64,000 bases of DNA from an uncultured Gemmatimonadales bacterium (GTDB taxonomy: Bacteria; Gemmatimonadota; Gemmatimonadetes; Gemmatimonadales; Gemmatimonadaceae): positions 2,528,001 to 2,592,000 of the forward strand of contig CAWKMU010000003.1 in assembly GCA_963850905.1 (NCBI GenBank), written 5' to 3'. The notes under the pieces were generated by a model. That model saw only the letters and a program-made list of their open reading frames with translations. It was not told the DNA's origin and did no database searches. The translations under genes were made by a program, and so were the position numbers. Positions 1 through 10,529 of the stretch are shown piece by piece (the first letter of the stretch is position 1; every line of letters begins with the position of its first letter).

Positions 1-829
1 GCTGCAGGTCCGCGTCCGACCGGGGGCGGACGATGATGCGGTTCGCCGCGCGGCCCTTGTCACCGTCCTCGTCAATGCCGGTTCTGCCGGCGTCGTAGAG
101 GACGGGCCCGCGCTCGTCGGGTATCTGCCCGAGGGTGCGGACGAGGCGGCGGTCGGCGCGTCGCTCGTCGGCGCCGATGACACCGCGACTATCGAGCTCT
201 CGACGGCGGTGCCAGACGACTGGGTGCACCGGTGGCGCGAAGGAGTCCACGCGCATGAGGTCGGGCTCCTGCGAGTGTCACCCCCGTGGCTCGCTCGCGC
301 GGCCGACGAGACGCGCACGGTCGTGATTGATCCCGGCATGGGGTTCGGGACAGGCGAGCACGCGAGCACTCGCGGAGTCCTTCGATTGCTCTCGAGCCTC
401 GACCGCATAGGGGATCTCGTTGCGGATCTCGGCGCCGGAAGCGGCGTGCTCGCGATCGCCGCGGCGAAGCTCGGAGCGAGCCGCGTGGCGGCCATCGAGA
501 TGGATCCCGACGCGATTGCCAACGCGCAGGCCAACGTCGACTCGAACCGCGTGGCGGATCGCGTGCGCGTCATTGCTGGCGATGCCCGGTCACTGCTGCC
601 ACTCCTCGCACCGGTCGACCTGGTCACCGTTAACATCGCGTCGGCCGTGATCACGGAATTGCTGCCGGTCCTGCGCGCCGCGCTCGGACCCAAAGGGCGC
701 GCGATCCTCGGAGGGATGCTCCTCGATGAGCGAGAGATGATGTGCGAGCGTCTGGCGGCGAATGGGTTGCGGCGTGAGGCCGACGATGTCGAGGATGATT
801 GGTGGGCGACGATCGCCGCTCGGCCGTAG
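1..829 (+). CDS. prmA: 50S ribosomal protein L11 methyltransferase (5' end runs off window)
   Basis: IDPGMGFGTGEHAST and DLGAGSGVLAI motifs; the frame is open back to base 2. Confidence 0.93.
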   Translation, partial: LQVRVRPGADDDAVRRAALVTVLVNAGSAGVVEDGPALVGYLPEGADEAAVGASLVGADDTATIELSTAVPDDWVHRWREGVHAHEVGLLRVSPPWLARAADETRTVVIDPGMGFGTGEHASTRGVLRLLSSLDRIGDLVADLGAGSGVLAIAAAKLGASRVAAIEMDPDAIANAQANVDSNRVADRVRVIAGDARSLLPLLAPVDLVTVNIASAVITELLPVLRAALGPKGRAILGGMLLDEREMMCERLAANGLRREADDVEDDWWATIAARP

Positions 830-1593
830 CGCGATTCCTGGTCGCTGAGTCCTTCGCATCGGGCGCGACCGTCCCGCTCGGACGCGACGCTGCGCATCAC
901 ATCCGCGTCCTCCGCGTTGCCGAAGGCAGCCGTGTTGGACTGACGACCGGCACTGGCCTGGTCGGCATCGGTTCGCTCGTGGGAGTCACGCGAACGGCGG
1001 CATCCGTTGCGGTCGAGGAGGTCCGGCACGTGGCGCGCGCACCCGCCGTTCACATGCTGGTGCCGGTCGCGGACCGGGAGCGGATGCTGTGGCTCGCCGA
1101 GAAGTGCACGGAGCTCGAAGCCACGAGCTGGCGTCCGATCGAGTGGCGACGCTCTTCCAGCGTGTCACCGCGCGGCTCGGGACCCGCCTTTCAGCTGCGT
1201 CTCGAGGGCCGCATGATCAGCGCGCTGACGCAATCGGGAGGCGCGTGGCTGCCCGAGGTGTGCGATGCGGCGCCGCTCGCGCAGGCGATCCGCGCGACAT
1301 CGGTCGGCACGCGCGTGGTGCTCGACCCCGCGGGGCCACCGCTGCTCCACCTGGGCTCGTCCGGGCTGCGTGAGCCGGTCTCGATCGCCGTGGGACCGGA
1401 GGGCGGCATTGAAGAGACCGAGCACGCGCAGCTCGCCGACGCCGGATTCGTGCGCGCCTCGCTCGGCGATACTATTCTGCGATTCGAGACCGCAGGCGTG
1501 GCGGCGCTCGCAGTCGTGCGTGCTGCGATGGCATCGGATCGCCGCGCGACCCCTGCCAGTGTCCTTTGCCCGGAGCGTGGCGATGGCGAGTGA
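799..1593 (+). CDS. rsmE: 16S rRNA m3U1498 methyltransferase
   Basis: HHIRVLR, EKCTEL, VGPEGG, LGDTILRFETA motifs; follows prmA. Confidence 0.93.
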   Translation: MVGDDRRSAVARFLVAESFASGATVPLGRDAAHHIRVLRVAEGSRVGLTTGTGLVGIGSLVGVTRTAASVAVEEVRHVARAPAVHMLVPVADRERMLWLAEKCTELEATSWRPIEWRRSSSVSPRGSGPAFQLRLEGRMISALTQSGGAWLPEVCDAAPLAQAIRATSVGTRVVLDPAGPPLLHLGSSGLREPVSIAVGPEGGIEETEHAQLADAGFVRASLGDTILRFETAGVAALAVVRAAMASDRRATPASVLCPERGDGE

Positions 1594-1930
1594 CCCCGGC
1601 TGCCTGTTCTGTCGCATTGTGCGCGGTGAGATTCCCGCGCAGATCGAGTACGAGACGCCAACCCTCGTCGCGATCCGCGACATCAATGCGCAAGCGCCCG
1701 TGCATATTCTCATCCTGCCGCGCGACCATCTCTCGTCGCTCAACGATGTGCGCGACCCCGGCCTCGTCGGCGAGCTCGCCGCCGCCGCTACCGCGATCGC
1801 CCGTCGCGACGGCTTCGCCGACAACGGCTATCGCACGGTCGTGAATACGAACAAGGACGGGGGCCAGACGGTGGGCCATCTGCATATGCATCTGCTGGCT
1901 GGGAGGCGGATGGGCTGGCCGCCGGGTTAG
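1583..1930 (+). CDS. histidine triad (HIT) nucleotide-binding protein
   Basis: CLFCRIV, DINAQAPVHILILP, GQTVGHLHMHLL; ATG at 1583 overlaps rsmE end. Confidence 0.93.
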   Translation: MASDPGCLFCRIVRGEIPAQIEYETPTLVAIRDINAQAPVHILILPRDHLSSLNDVRDPGLVGELAAAATAIARRDGFADNGYRTVVNTNKDGGQTVGHLHMHLLAGRRMGWPPG

Positions 1931-1934
1931 GCTG

Positions 1935-2200
1935 AACGGCGGGGTCAGGGGTCAGGGATCGGGGAACGGCAACGACGACCGTCAACGGCTGGGCGGGCTG
2001 AAGCCCGCCCCTACATGTCGGCACGGATAGCTCGCAACGGAGCGCCATTCGGCGGCCCGAGGATGTGCGTCGACGAATCGAGGTCTGACATCCCACAACG
2101 ACATGTAGGGGCGGCCTTTAGGCCGCCCATCCTGACGGCCACAGCCCGTTGGTGTTGTTGCGGTTGTCGTTCCTGACCCCTAACCCCTGACCCCGCCGTT
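1935..2200. repeat. composite palindromic element: heptamer-repeat arms around an inverted GTAG-type REP pair
   Basis: Terminal IR AACGGCGGGGTCAGGGG / CCCCTGACCCCGCCGTT; REPs at 1991-2014 and 2105-2128; near copy at 18466-18700. Confidence 0.85.
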
Positions 2201-2205
2201 TGCCC

Positions 2206-3042
2206 TCAGATCTCCAACAGCGCCAACTCAGGCCTCGACCCGATCCGAAAGGGCGGCCCCGAATTCCCCAGCCCGCGACTCACGTACAAGGCATGCCTGG
2301 CATCGGCCGACGTGTACGTCCCCTTCACGTAGCGACCGCTCCCCTCGGGGAGCACGAGCGCAAAGCCGAAGGGGGCGATCTGGCCACCGTGGGTGTGCCC
2401 GGCCAGCACGGCGGTTCCGCGTTTGGCCACCCGCGAGACCGCGTCAAAGCCCACTGGGCAGTGACACATGACAACCGCAGGGATCGCGTCCGCTCCCACC
2501 ACGGGCAGCGACGAAACGAGGTCGTAGTCGGGCGAGCCTGCGCGCCAATCGTCGAGCCCGATCAGGTCTACTGGGCCGCCCGCGCCTGCGTCGAGCCGGA
2601 CGGTCTCGTTGACGAGGAGCCGAACGCCGGCGCGTTCGTACTCCCGGCGCAGGCGCCGCAAGTCACATTCTCCCTGGTACTCCCAGTTACCCAGGGTGGC
2701 GAACTTCCCGAGCCTGGCTGGGAGGTCGGCGTAGCGATGGACGAGGGGTTCGTCGCCTCGGCGGTCCACGGCGTCGCCCGCGATGCATACAAGGTCCGGC
2801 TGGAATCCGCCGGTGGCGGCGATCAATTCGTCCTGATCGATCCAGTTGTGGGGGCCATGCATGTCGGTCAGCAGCGCAACTCGCAGGCGCTGGCTACGTT
2901 GCGTGGCACCTGGCAACGTCGTCCGCGTCGAGTCGAGACCGTTGGACGACGCCCCATACAGCGACAGGAGAGCGACCCCACCAGCCGTAGCGACAAACTC
3001 CCGGCGAGTAAGCCGATGGGAGGGCAGGGAAGGCATGGCCAA
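2206..3042 (-). CDS. calcineurin-like metallophosphoesterase, probable Tat signal
   Basis: DMH, GD, GNWE, GHTHGGQ, SRGLG motifs; N-terminal TRREF. Confidence 0.88.
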   Translation of the reverse strand: MAMPSLPSHRLTRREFVATAGGVALLSLYGASSNGLDSTRTTLPGATQRSQRLRVALLTDMHGPHNWIDQDELIAATGGFQPDLVCIAGDAVDRRGDEPLVHRYADLPARLGKFATLGNWEYQGECDLRRLRREYERAGVRLLVNETVRLDAGAGGPVDLIGLDDWRAGSPDYDLVSSLPVVGADAIPAVVMCHCPVGFDAVSRVAKRGTAVLAGHTHGGQIAPFGFALVLPEGSGRYVKGTYTSADARHALYVSRGLGNSGPPFRIGSRPELALLEI

Positions 3043-3060
3043 ATATACTCGCGTTCGTGC

Positions 3061-3090
3061 TTGACACCCACTGGCTAAGCGTCCTAATTT
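3061..3090 (+). promoter_or_regulatory. sigma70-like promoter of rpsU operon
   Basis: TTGACA-18 bp-TAATTT upstream of rpsU. Confidence 0.6.
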
Positions 3091-3157
3091 CTTAGGCTTA
3101 CACTTTTCTCGGCACCCTGCAGATGGGTGCCTTCATTATCCCATGGAGGCCGCACGT

Positions 3158-3346
3158 TTGTCTGAAGTCATCATTCATGACGATGAGAATTTTGAACGCG
3201 CGCTGAAGCGGTTCAAAAAGAAGTGCGAGAAAGCCGGGATCCTGTCCGATCTACGCAAACACCGGCACTACGAGAAACCGAGCGAGCGCCGCAAGCGCAA
3301 GATGAACGCGGCGATGCGGAAAAACCGCCGGAGCCGGCACGCCTAG
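3158..3346 (+). CDS. rpsU: 30S ribosomal protein S21
   Basis: [18 protein letters not shown]...[16 protein letters not shown] 8 nt before TTG at 3158. Confidence 0.95.
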   Translation: MSEVIIHDDENFERALKRFKKKCEKAGILSDLRKHRHYEKPSERRKRKMNAAMRKNRRSRHA

Positions 3347-3790
3347 ATGTCTGCACTGATGGCGCGGTTACAGGAAGATCTTGTAACCGCACGCAAGGGG
3401 CAGGACAAGCCTTCCACGCTGTTGCTCAGCACCATCCTCGCAGACATCAAGAATCGGCGCATCGAGTTGATGCGCCAGCCGACGGACGATGAGGTCATCG
3501 AAGTCCTGCGGCGAGGCATCAAGCGCAGGCGCGAGTCAATCGAGGCGTACCAGAAGGGAGCCCGCGCCGACCTGGTTGCCAAAGAACAATTCGAAGTCGA
3601 CCGGCTCGAGCGTTACCTCCCGGCACCGGTCTCCCCGGATGTGATCCGCGCAGCCGCACGCGCGGCCATCGCGGGCGGTGCGACGACCATTGGCGCCGTC
3701 ATGGGCAAGGTGCTGCCGCAATTCAAGGGGCAAGCGGACGGCAGTGTGATCAGTACCATCGTGCGCGAGGAGCTCGCGGCACGCGGGTGA
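3347..3790 (+). CDS. GatB/YqeY domain protein
   Basis: RRESIEAYQKGARADL..E...L..YLP, GAVMG; canonical position after rpsU. Confidence 0.9.
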   Translation: MSALMARLQEDLVTARKGQDKPSTLLLSTILADIKNRRIELMRQPTDDEVIEVLRRGIKRRRESIEAYQKGARADLVAKEQFEVDRLERYLPAPVSPDVIRAAARAAIAGGATTIGAVMGKVLPQFKGQADGSVISTIVREELAARG

Positions 3791-3809
3791 CGTTGCACAG
3801 CGTCCAATC

Positions 3810-6206
3810 ATGAACGCTCACGCGCTGGATGTCTTGGAGCTTTCCCGGGCACTGGCGCTCGTCGCGGAACGTGCGGTCGCGGGGCTCGCCGCGCAACGCA
3901 TCCGGAACACGCAACCCACATCCGATCGCCGCATCATCGACCACGAGCTCGCCCGCGTCAGCGCCGCGCGCACGCTGAGCACGAGCGAGCATCCCTGGTC
4001 GCCGGAGGCCACTCCGGATCTCGTGCGTCCGCTCCAGCGCCTCGGCATCCCTGGAGCGCCATGGACCGGTCTCGAGTTGCGTGGTGCGCTGACATTGCTC
4101 GGCGCGAGCCGCCGAACGCGAGACACGCTGAGCGATGAGCGGCGACCTCCAGTGGCGCGTGCGGTTCTGGCAGATGTGCGCGAGCGGCTCGTCGGCAAGG
4201 TCGATGCGGAACGGAGCATTGACCGGGCGATCGCCGAGGATGGGACGGTTCGAGATGAGGCGTCGCCGCTCCTGCGTCGCGTGCGTCGGGAGTTGCGGGG
4301 GGCCGAGGGCGAACTGGTGGCGTTACTCGAGCGAATCATGTCGCGGCTCGAGGCGCATCAGCAGGTGGGCGACGCGTCAGTGACCGTCCGCAACGGGCGA
4401 TACGTCATTCCGATTCGCCGTGAAGCGCGTACCGTCGTCGGGGGAATCGTTCAGGATACCTCGGCGACCGGCGCCACGCTCTTCGTTGAACCGCCGGCCG
4501 CCGTCGAGGCAGGGAACCGCATTCGAGAGCTCGAGGCTGAGGAACGGCGCGAGGTGGATCGCATTCTGGCGGACCTGACCGACGAGCTGCGCCCGCTCGC
4601 ACCCGCGCTTCAGGAGACGCTCGACGCCTTGGTCGATCTCGACACGCTGCATGCCCGGGCGCGCTTCGCGGATGATTTCCACTGCACCGTGCCGGACCTG
4701 GGCTCCCCGACCGACGGATTCGTGATTCGGCAGGGGCGCCACCCACTACTGCTGGCGCAGGACGTGCCCGTGGTGCCATTCGACCTGACGATGGAGCCAT
4801 CGGAGCGCACGCTCCTCATCAGTGGTCCGAACACCGGCGGCAAGACGGTGCTGCTCAAATCCGTCGCGTTATGCTCGGTTCTCGTCCAGTGCGGCATTCC
4901 GTCCCCGGTCGGCCCCGCGAGCCGCATCGCGGTCTTTGATGATGTGTTTGCGGACGTCGGCGACGAGCAATCGATCCAGGCGAGCCTGTCGACCTTCAGC
5001 GCACACGTGCGGAATCTCGGCGACATCCTCGCGCGAGCGACGCCCAAGTCCCTCGTGCTGATCGACGAGTTGGGGTCGGGGACGGACCCGCTCGAGGGGG
5101 CGGCGCTCGGAGGCGCGGTGCTCGAGGCACTGACGGCACGCGGCACGATGACGCTTGCCACGACGCACCTGGGCGCGTTGAAGGAGCTCGCCACAGAGGT
5201 CCCGGGTGTCGTGAACGGGTCGCTCGAGTTCGACGCGGCGCGGCTTGCCCCTACGTATCGGTTCATCAAGGGAGTGCCGGGGCGGTCGTACGGATTGCGC
5301 ATCGCCCGTCGCCTGGCCCTGCCGGAGGAAGTCATCGCCCGGGCCGAAGAGCGCGTTCCTAAGGTGGAGCGTGACGTCGAAGCTTTGCTGGCGGACCTGC
5401 AGCAGCGCGCCTCCGATCTCGCCGAGCGGGAACAGACGGCGGCGCAGTCGCTCGCGAATGCGTCCGATCGCTCGACGCGGGTCGACGCGCGAGAACGCGC
5501 GGTGCGAGAGCGGGAGCGCGAGGTCGAGCGGCGGTCCCGTCAGGAGGCGCGCCAGTATCTGCTCAACGCGCGCGCGCAGATCGAGCAGGTCGTGCGCGAT
5601 TTGCAGGCGGCGCCAAGCAGGAGCGACGACACCACGGAAGAAGCGCGACGGGCACGACAGCGGGTCGAGCAGCTCGCCGGCGAGCAGGCGCAGGCCCTTG
5701 CCGATCTCGATGCGGCCGCCGCCTCTCCGCCCCCGGCTCAGGAGGCGCCGCGCGCCCGCCCATCGGTATTGGCCGTTGGGGACACGGTGGAGGTGCCGTT
5801 GCTGGGTGGCCGCGCCGCGCGGCTCGTCGACCTACACGACGAGGAGGCCGTGGTGGCGTTTGGCGGCATGCGGATGCGCGTTCCAGCGAGTACACTGCGT
5901 CGTGCCGCCCAAGCTGCGCCCCAGATCGCCGTGCCCGTGGCCGCCGAGGTACCGGAGATTCACGCGAGCTCGGAGATCGACGTCAGGGGCATGCGTGTCC
6001 TCGAGGTCGAAGAGATCGTGATGCAAGCCATCGACGCGGCCGTACGGGCCGACCTGCCGGAGCTTCGGATCATCCACGGAAAGGGGACCGGGGCTCTCCG
6101 TGAACGGGTGGGCGAGATGCTGCGTAAGGATTCGCGGGTGCGAGTCGTTCGCCTCGGGGCGTGGAACGAGGGCGGTGCGGGCGTGACCGTCGCGGAGCTA
6201 GCCTGA
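3810..6206 (+). CDS. mutS2: endonuclease MutS2
   Basis: ISGPNTGGKT, IQASLSTFSAH, DELGSGTDP, C-terminal Smr IIHGKGTGALR. Confidence 0.95.
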   Translation: MNAHALDVLELSRALALVAERAVAGLAAQRIRNTQPTSDRRIIDHELARVSAARTLSTSEHPWSPEATPDLVRPLQRLGIPGAPWTGLELRGALTLLGASRRTRDTLSDERRPPVARAVLADVRERLVGKVDAERSIDRAIAEDGTVRDEASPLLRRVRRELRGAEGELVALLERIMSRLEAHQQVGDASVTVRNGRYVIPIRREARTVVGGIVQDTSATGATLFVEPPAAVEAGNRIRELEAEERREVDRILADLTDELRPLAPALQETLDALVDLDTLHARARFADDFHCTVPDLGSPTDGFVIRQGRHPLLLAQDVPVVPFDLTMEPSERTLLISGPNTGGKTVLLKSVALCSVLVQCGIPSPVGPASRIAVFDDVFADVGDEQSIQASLSTFSAHVRNLGDILARATPKSLVLIDELGSGTDPLEGAALGGAVLEALTARGTMTLATTHLGALKELATEVPGVVNGSLEFDAARLAPTYRFIKGVPGRSYGLRIARRLALPEEVIARAEERVPKVERDVEALLADLQQRASDLAEREQTAAQSLANASDRSTRVDARERAVREREREVERRSRQEARQYLLNARAQIEQVVRDLQAAPSRSDDTTEEARRARQRVEQLAGEQAQALADLDAAAASPPPAQEAPRARPSVLAVGDTVEVPLLGGRAARLVDLHDEEAVVAFGGMRMRVPASTLRRAAQAAPQIAVPVAAEVPEIHASSEIDVRGMRVLEVEEIVMQAIDAAVRADLPELRIIHGKGTGALRERVGEMLRKDSRVRVVRLGAWNEGGAGVTVAELA

Positions 6207-6207
6207 G

Positions 6208-8058
6208 ATGATTCCGGACGACGTCGTGGAGCGGGTAAGGGAAGAGGCCGATATCGTCCAGATCATTGGCGAGCACGTCGCACTGAAGCGGGTTGGCACC
6301 GACTACCGGGGGCCCTGTCCATTCCATCAGGGAACGCACCCCAACTTCTCGGTGTCGACCCGAAAGCGCATGTACTATTGCTTCGTGTGCCACGAGCACG
6401 GAGACGTATTCAACTTCTTGTCCAAGCGTCTTGGGCTGGACTGGCCGTCGGCGGTTCGCCTCGCGGCAGAGAAGTCCGGCATCGAGGTGCCGGCGACCGA
6501 GACCCGGCGTGCCGGCCCGGACCCGCGCGAACCGCTCTGGGAAGTCACCGCGAGCGCGGCCGAATACTTTCGCCGCATGCTCTGGGATGACGACGGCGGC
6601 CGAGTGGCACGCCAGTATCTCGAGAGTCGCAGCATCGATCGGGAGACATCGGACCGCTTCGGTATCGGCTACGCGCCGAGTCCGATAGGCCTCATGCGAA
6701 GCTACCTGAACAGGCTTGGTTTCGAGGACGCGCGCTTGACCGAGGCTGGCCTGCTGTCACAGCCTGAAGACGGTCGCGAGCCGCGGCCACGCTTTCGCGG
6801 ACGGCTGATATTCCCGATCTTCGATGCGGTCGGCCACACCGTTGGATTCGGCGGTCGGATCCTCGGGCCGGGCGACGTCAAATACGTCAACTCTCCTGAA
6901 TCGGCCATCTTTGCGAAACGGCGGCTGCTGTACGGCCTCAATTGGGCAAAATTCGCGATCCGCCGCGATGAACGCATCCTCGTCGTCGAAGGGTACTTCG
7001 ATGTGGTGCGCCTGATGGCGGCGGGGCTCGAATGCGTGGTGGCGCCGCTGGGGACCGCCCTCACGGCGGAGCAGGCAGAGTTGATCGCCCGGTACACGAA
7101 GCAGGCATTCTTGATCTATGACAACGATCGCGCGGGGCTGCGGGCGACATTCCGGACGGCGGGCGAGCTGCTGCGCCGCAGCGTAGCGGTGCGGGTTGTC
7201 ACTCTGCCCGAGGGTGAGGATCCTGACACGTTTGTGGGCGCCCATGGACGCGACCAGATGGAAACGCAAATTCGCGCGGCCGTCGACGTGCTCGAGCGCG
7301 AGATCCAGATTCTGCACGGTGCGCACTGGTTTCGGGACCTGCATAACAAGCGGCGTGCGATCGACCGCCTCCTGCCAACCATTCGCGCCGCGGCGGATCC
7401 CATCCTGCGTGACCTGTACGTGACCCGGGCGAGCGAGGCTGCGGGAGTGCCAAAGTCCTTGCTCTGGCGAGAGGTCGGTGGAGAGGTCGAGGTGCCGGCG
7501 ACGCCGCGCGCTGAGCGTGCGGAGCCCCGTTCGCCTCGCGCCAATGGAGACCACACGCCAAAGACTGCCAGCTCGGTGGCCGACCCGGCCGGCGGCACGG
7601 CGGCCGAGCGCGAGCTCGTGCGCTGGTTGATCGCGAGCCCGGAGCAGATCGAGCGAACGGCCGAGCGCATCGGACCGGACGTGATCCGCAATGCGGACCT
7701 CCGGGTGATCTACGAGGAGTTGATCCGGTTGGGAGCGACTGCGACGCCGGAGGCGCTTGCTGTCGCGCTGCCGCCGGACGCCGCCGCCGAAGTGGCAGCG
7801 CTGGTCGCCGGGACATTCACAGGGGCCGATCCGGCGCGAGTGATAGAGGACAGCCTCGCGGTGCTGCGGGTGCGGGATCTGTCCGACCGGCTCGCGGAGA
7901 TTGATCGTCTCGTTGGGCTGGGATCGCGTGAGGAACAGCGGGCATTGATGGCGGAGAAGCTCCGCATTATGGCTGAAGTGCGTGGGTTACGTGGTCGAGG
8001 GTTCAAGCGGTATGGAAAGTCGCGATTGTCGCTGAGGAGGAACGACGGTGCACCCTGA
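6208..8058 (+). CDS. dnaG: DNA primase
   Basis: CPFH zinc finger, FRGRLIFPI, KYVNSPES, VEGYFDV Toprim. Confidence 0.96.
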   Translation: MIPDDVVERVREEADIVQIIGEHVALKRVGTDYRGPCPFHQGTHPNFSVSTRKRMYYCFVCHEHGDVFNFLSKRLGLDWPSAVRLAAEKSGIEVPATETRRAGPDPREPLWEVTASAAEYFRRMLWDDDGGRVARQYLESRSIDRETSDRFGIGYAPSPIGLMRSYLNRLGFEDARLTEAGLLSQPEDGREPRPRFRGRLIFPIFDAVGHTVGFGGRILGPGDVKYVNSPESAIFAKRRLLYGLNWAKFAIRRDERILVVEGYFDVVRLMAAGLECVVAPLGTALTAEQAELIARYTKQAFLIYDNDRAGLRATFRTAGELLRRSVAVRVVTLPEGEDPDTFVGAHGRDQMETQIRAAVDVLEREIQILHGAHWFRDLHNKRRAIDRLLPTIRAAADPILRDLYVTRASEAAGVPKSLLWREVGGEVEVPATPRAERAEPRSPRANGDHTPKTASSVADPAGGTAAERELVRWLIASPEQIERTAERIGPDVIRNADLRVIYEELIRLGATATPEALAVALPPDAAAEVAALVAGTFTGADPARVIEDSLAVLRVRDLSDRLAEIDRLVGLGSREEQRALMAEKLRIMAEVRGLRGRGFKRYGKSRLSLRRNDGAP

Positions 8059-8752
8059 TGTCCAGGCGTTGTTGGCGCTCCAGGTCGAAGACTTGGCTAT
8101 TCGTGAGATCGAAAGCCGGCGGGCGGCTCTCGAGCCCAAGCTGCGGGAGTTGGAGACCACCCGGCGTGCGACGGCAGAGGCCGCGACGCGCGCCCGCGAG
8201 GTGGTCCTGGTGGAAGAGAAAAGCCAGCGCGAGCTGCAAACCCGCATCGCACAGCACAAGGCGCTGCACGAGCGCAATGTGGCGCAGCTCGACTCGGTGA
8301 AACGGATCCGTGAAGCCACGGCCGCCGTCGCACAGGTCGAGCAGGCGCGGCGCATTCTGGCGGAGGAAGAGAGCGCCCTTCAGACGATTTCGCGGCGCCT
8401 CGTCGAGTTACGGGCCGCGGCGGAGGCGCGTGAGCGTGCCCTGGCCGAGCTCGAGGCGCAGCAGGAGGTCGACCGCCTCGCGATCGAAGAGGCCCGAGGC
8501 GAGGTCGAGGACGAGTTGGCGGCCCGGCGCGCCGCTCGCGCCGGGTCCGCGACCCAGGTCGAGCGCTCGCTCCTGCAGAAGTACGACCGCATCCGCTCGG
8601 CGAGACACGACGGCGCGATCTTTCCCTTGCGTGGTCCATCTTGCGGCCACTGCGATACGAGCGTTCCCCTCCAGCGTCGGAACTTGATGTCGGCGCGCGG
8701 CTCGATCGAGGTGTGCGAGACATGCGGTGTGCTTCTATACGCCGTAACTTGA
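8048..8752 (+). CDS. coiled-coil protein with C4 zinc ribbon
   Basis: Long coiled coil then CGHC...CETC. Confidence 0.85.
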   Translation: MHPDVQALLALQVEDLAIREIESRRAALEPKLRELETTRRATAEAATRAREVVLVEEKSQRELQTRIAQHKALHERNVAQLDSVKRIREATAAVAQVEQARRILAEEESALQTISRRLVELRAAAEARERALAELEAQQEVDRLAIEEARGEVEDELAARRAARAGSATQVERSLLQKYDRIRSARHDGAIFPLRGPSCGHCDTSVPLQRRNLMSARGSIEVCETCGVLLYAVT

Positions 8753-8756
8753 AGGC

Positions 8757-10490
8757 GTGACTACGCCCGAGACGTCGATCCGAGCGCGGCCGCGCGGGCC
8801 GGCGCGGTGGATCATGCCGCGAGCGTGTGACGACGTCGCGATTACTGCGCTGATCGACGCACTCCACCTGCCGGACTCGGTCTGCCGGCTGCTCCATGCT
8901 CGCGGGTTTACGGACACCGAAGCTGCCAAGCGCTTCTTGCGGCCCCGATTTGATCAGCTCCACGACCCCGCGCTGCTGCACGGGCTCAACGACGCGGTCG
9001 AGCGGCTGGCGCAAGCGATTGAGAAGGGCGAGACCATTTTCATCCACGGTGATTACGACGTCGATGGCATGGCCTCGACGGCGCTGCTCACCCGGGCGCT
9101 TCGCTCAATGGGGGCCAAAGTGGTTCCCTTCGTGCCCCGCCGCTTGCAGGATGGCTACGATCTGTCATCTGCCGGCGTCAATGCCGCGGTTGCGGCTGGC
9201 GCGCGCGTCGTCGTGACGGCGGACTGCGGCACGAGCGCCCACGCATCGGTTGCGGCCCTCAACGCCGCGGGCATCGACGTCATCATCAGCGACCATCACT
9301 TGCCGGGCGGCGCACTGCCGGACTGCGTGGCCGTGCTCAATCCACGTCAGCCAGGGTGCCGCTATCCCGACAAGGACCTGGCGGCCGCTGGGGTCGTGTT
9401 CAAGTTGGCGCTCGCGCTCGCGCGCCGTATGGGGGCGAGTGAGGGGCCGGTCTTTGGACTGCTCGATCTGGTGGCGCTCGCGACGGTTGCGGACGTCGCT
9501 CCGCTGCGGGGCGAGAACCGGGTATTCGTCCGCTACGGGCTGCGGCTCCTGGCCGAAACGACGAACCTCGGGCTGCGCGCGCTGGTGCACGTCTGCGGTC
9601 TGGATGCCAAAGCGATCACCGCGGGGCGTGCCGGCTACATCCTCGCGCCCCGCTTGAATGCGGTTGGCCGGATCGGGACGGCAATGCGGGGCGTCGAGCT
9701 CCTCCTCACGAACAACGAGGCGGACGCTGGCCGCATCGCGCAGGAGCTGGACGAGTTGAATCGGCAGCGTCAGGATATCGATCGCCGCACGCTCGTCGAA
9801 GCCCGTGAAATGGTGACGAAGCTGGATCTCGACGAGACCTACGGCATCGTGCTGGCCGACTCGAGCTGGCACCCTGGGGTGATCGGGATCGTCGCGTCGC
9901 GCCTCGTCGAGGAATTCGGTCGCCCGACGATGCTTGTGGCCCTGTCAGATGGCGACGGCCGCGGCTCCGGGCGCTCGATCCCGGCGTTCGATCTCCACGC
10001 GGGGCTCTCGGCGTGCCGGGACGTGCTGCTGCGGTTCGGCGGGCATCGAGCCGCTGCGGGGGTGACGGTCGCCCGAGAGCGCGTACCGGAGTTTGCCGCT
10101 CGCTTCAACGCAGTGGCCCGCGCGCAGCTGCGCAAAGAGGATCTCGTGCCGGAGGTCCATGTCGACCTCGAGCTCTCGATCGACGATGTCACTCCGGAGC
10201 TGGAGTCGGTCCTTCGCCACTTCGAGCCGTTCGGTGTCGGCAACCCCGCGCCGGCCCTGCTGGTGCGGCACGCGCGACTCAGCTGTCCGCCACGAACCGT
10301 GGCGCAGGACGGGGTGAAGCTGCGCCTGTCGCGTCGCGCGGGCGACCTGGACGCGGTGGCCTGGGGCGCTGCCCATCGCCTCGAGGAGCTGCAGGCCGGC
10401 GGACCCGTCGACGTCGTGTTCCGTGTCGAGCGTGACGACTGGCTGGGCGATGGTCGCGTGCAGGCCAAGGTCACCGACTTCCGCGTATGA
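8757..10490 (+). CDS. recJ: ssDNA exonuclease RecJ
   Basis: GDYDVDG, SDHH, LAPRLNAVGR, RFGGHRAAAG, EPFGVGNP. Confidence 0.96.
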   Translation: MTTPETSIRARPRGPARWIMPRACDDVAITALIDALHLPDSVCRLLHARGFTDTEAAKRFLRPRFDQLHDPALLHGLNDAVERLAQAIEKGETIFIHGDYDVDGMASTALLTRALRSMGAKVVPFVPRRLQDGYDLSSAGVNAAVAAGARVVVTADCGTSAHASVAALNAAGIDVIISDHHLPGGALPDCVAVLNPRQPGCRYPDKDLAAAGVVFKLALALARRMGASEGPVFGLLDLVALATVADVAPLRGENRVFVRYGLRLLAETTNLGLRALVHVCGLDAKAITAGRAGYILAPRLNAVGRIGTAMRGVELLLTNNEADAGRIAQELDELNRQRQDIDRRTLVEAREMVTKLDLDETYGIVLADSSWHPGVIGIVASRLVEEFGRPTMLVALSDGDGRGSGRSIPAFDLHAGLSACRDVLLRFGGHRAAAGVTVARERVPEFAARFNAVARAQLRKEDLVPEVHVDLELSIDDVTPELESVLRHFEPFGVGNPAPALLVRHARLSCPPRTVAQDGVKLRLSRRAGDLDAVAWGAAHRLEELQAGGPVDVVFRVERDDWLGDGRVQAKVTDFRV

Positions 10491-10529
10491 CGACCGCCGC
10501 CACACGGGCGCACCGCGCCCGCCGGTGAC

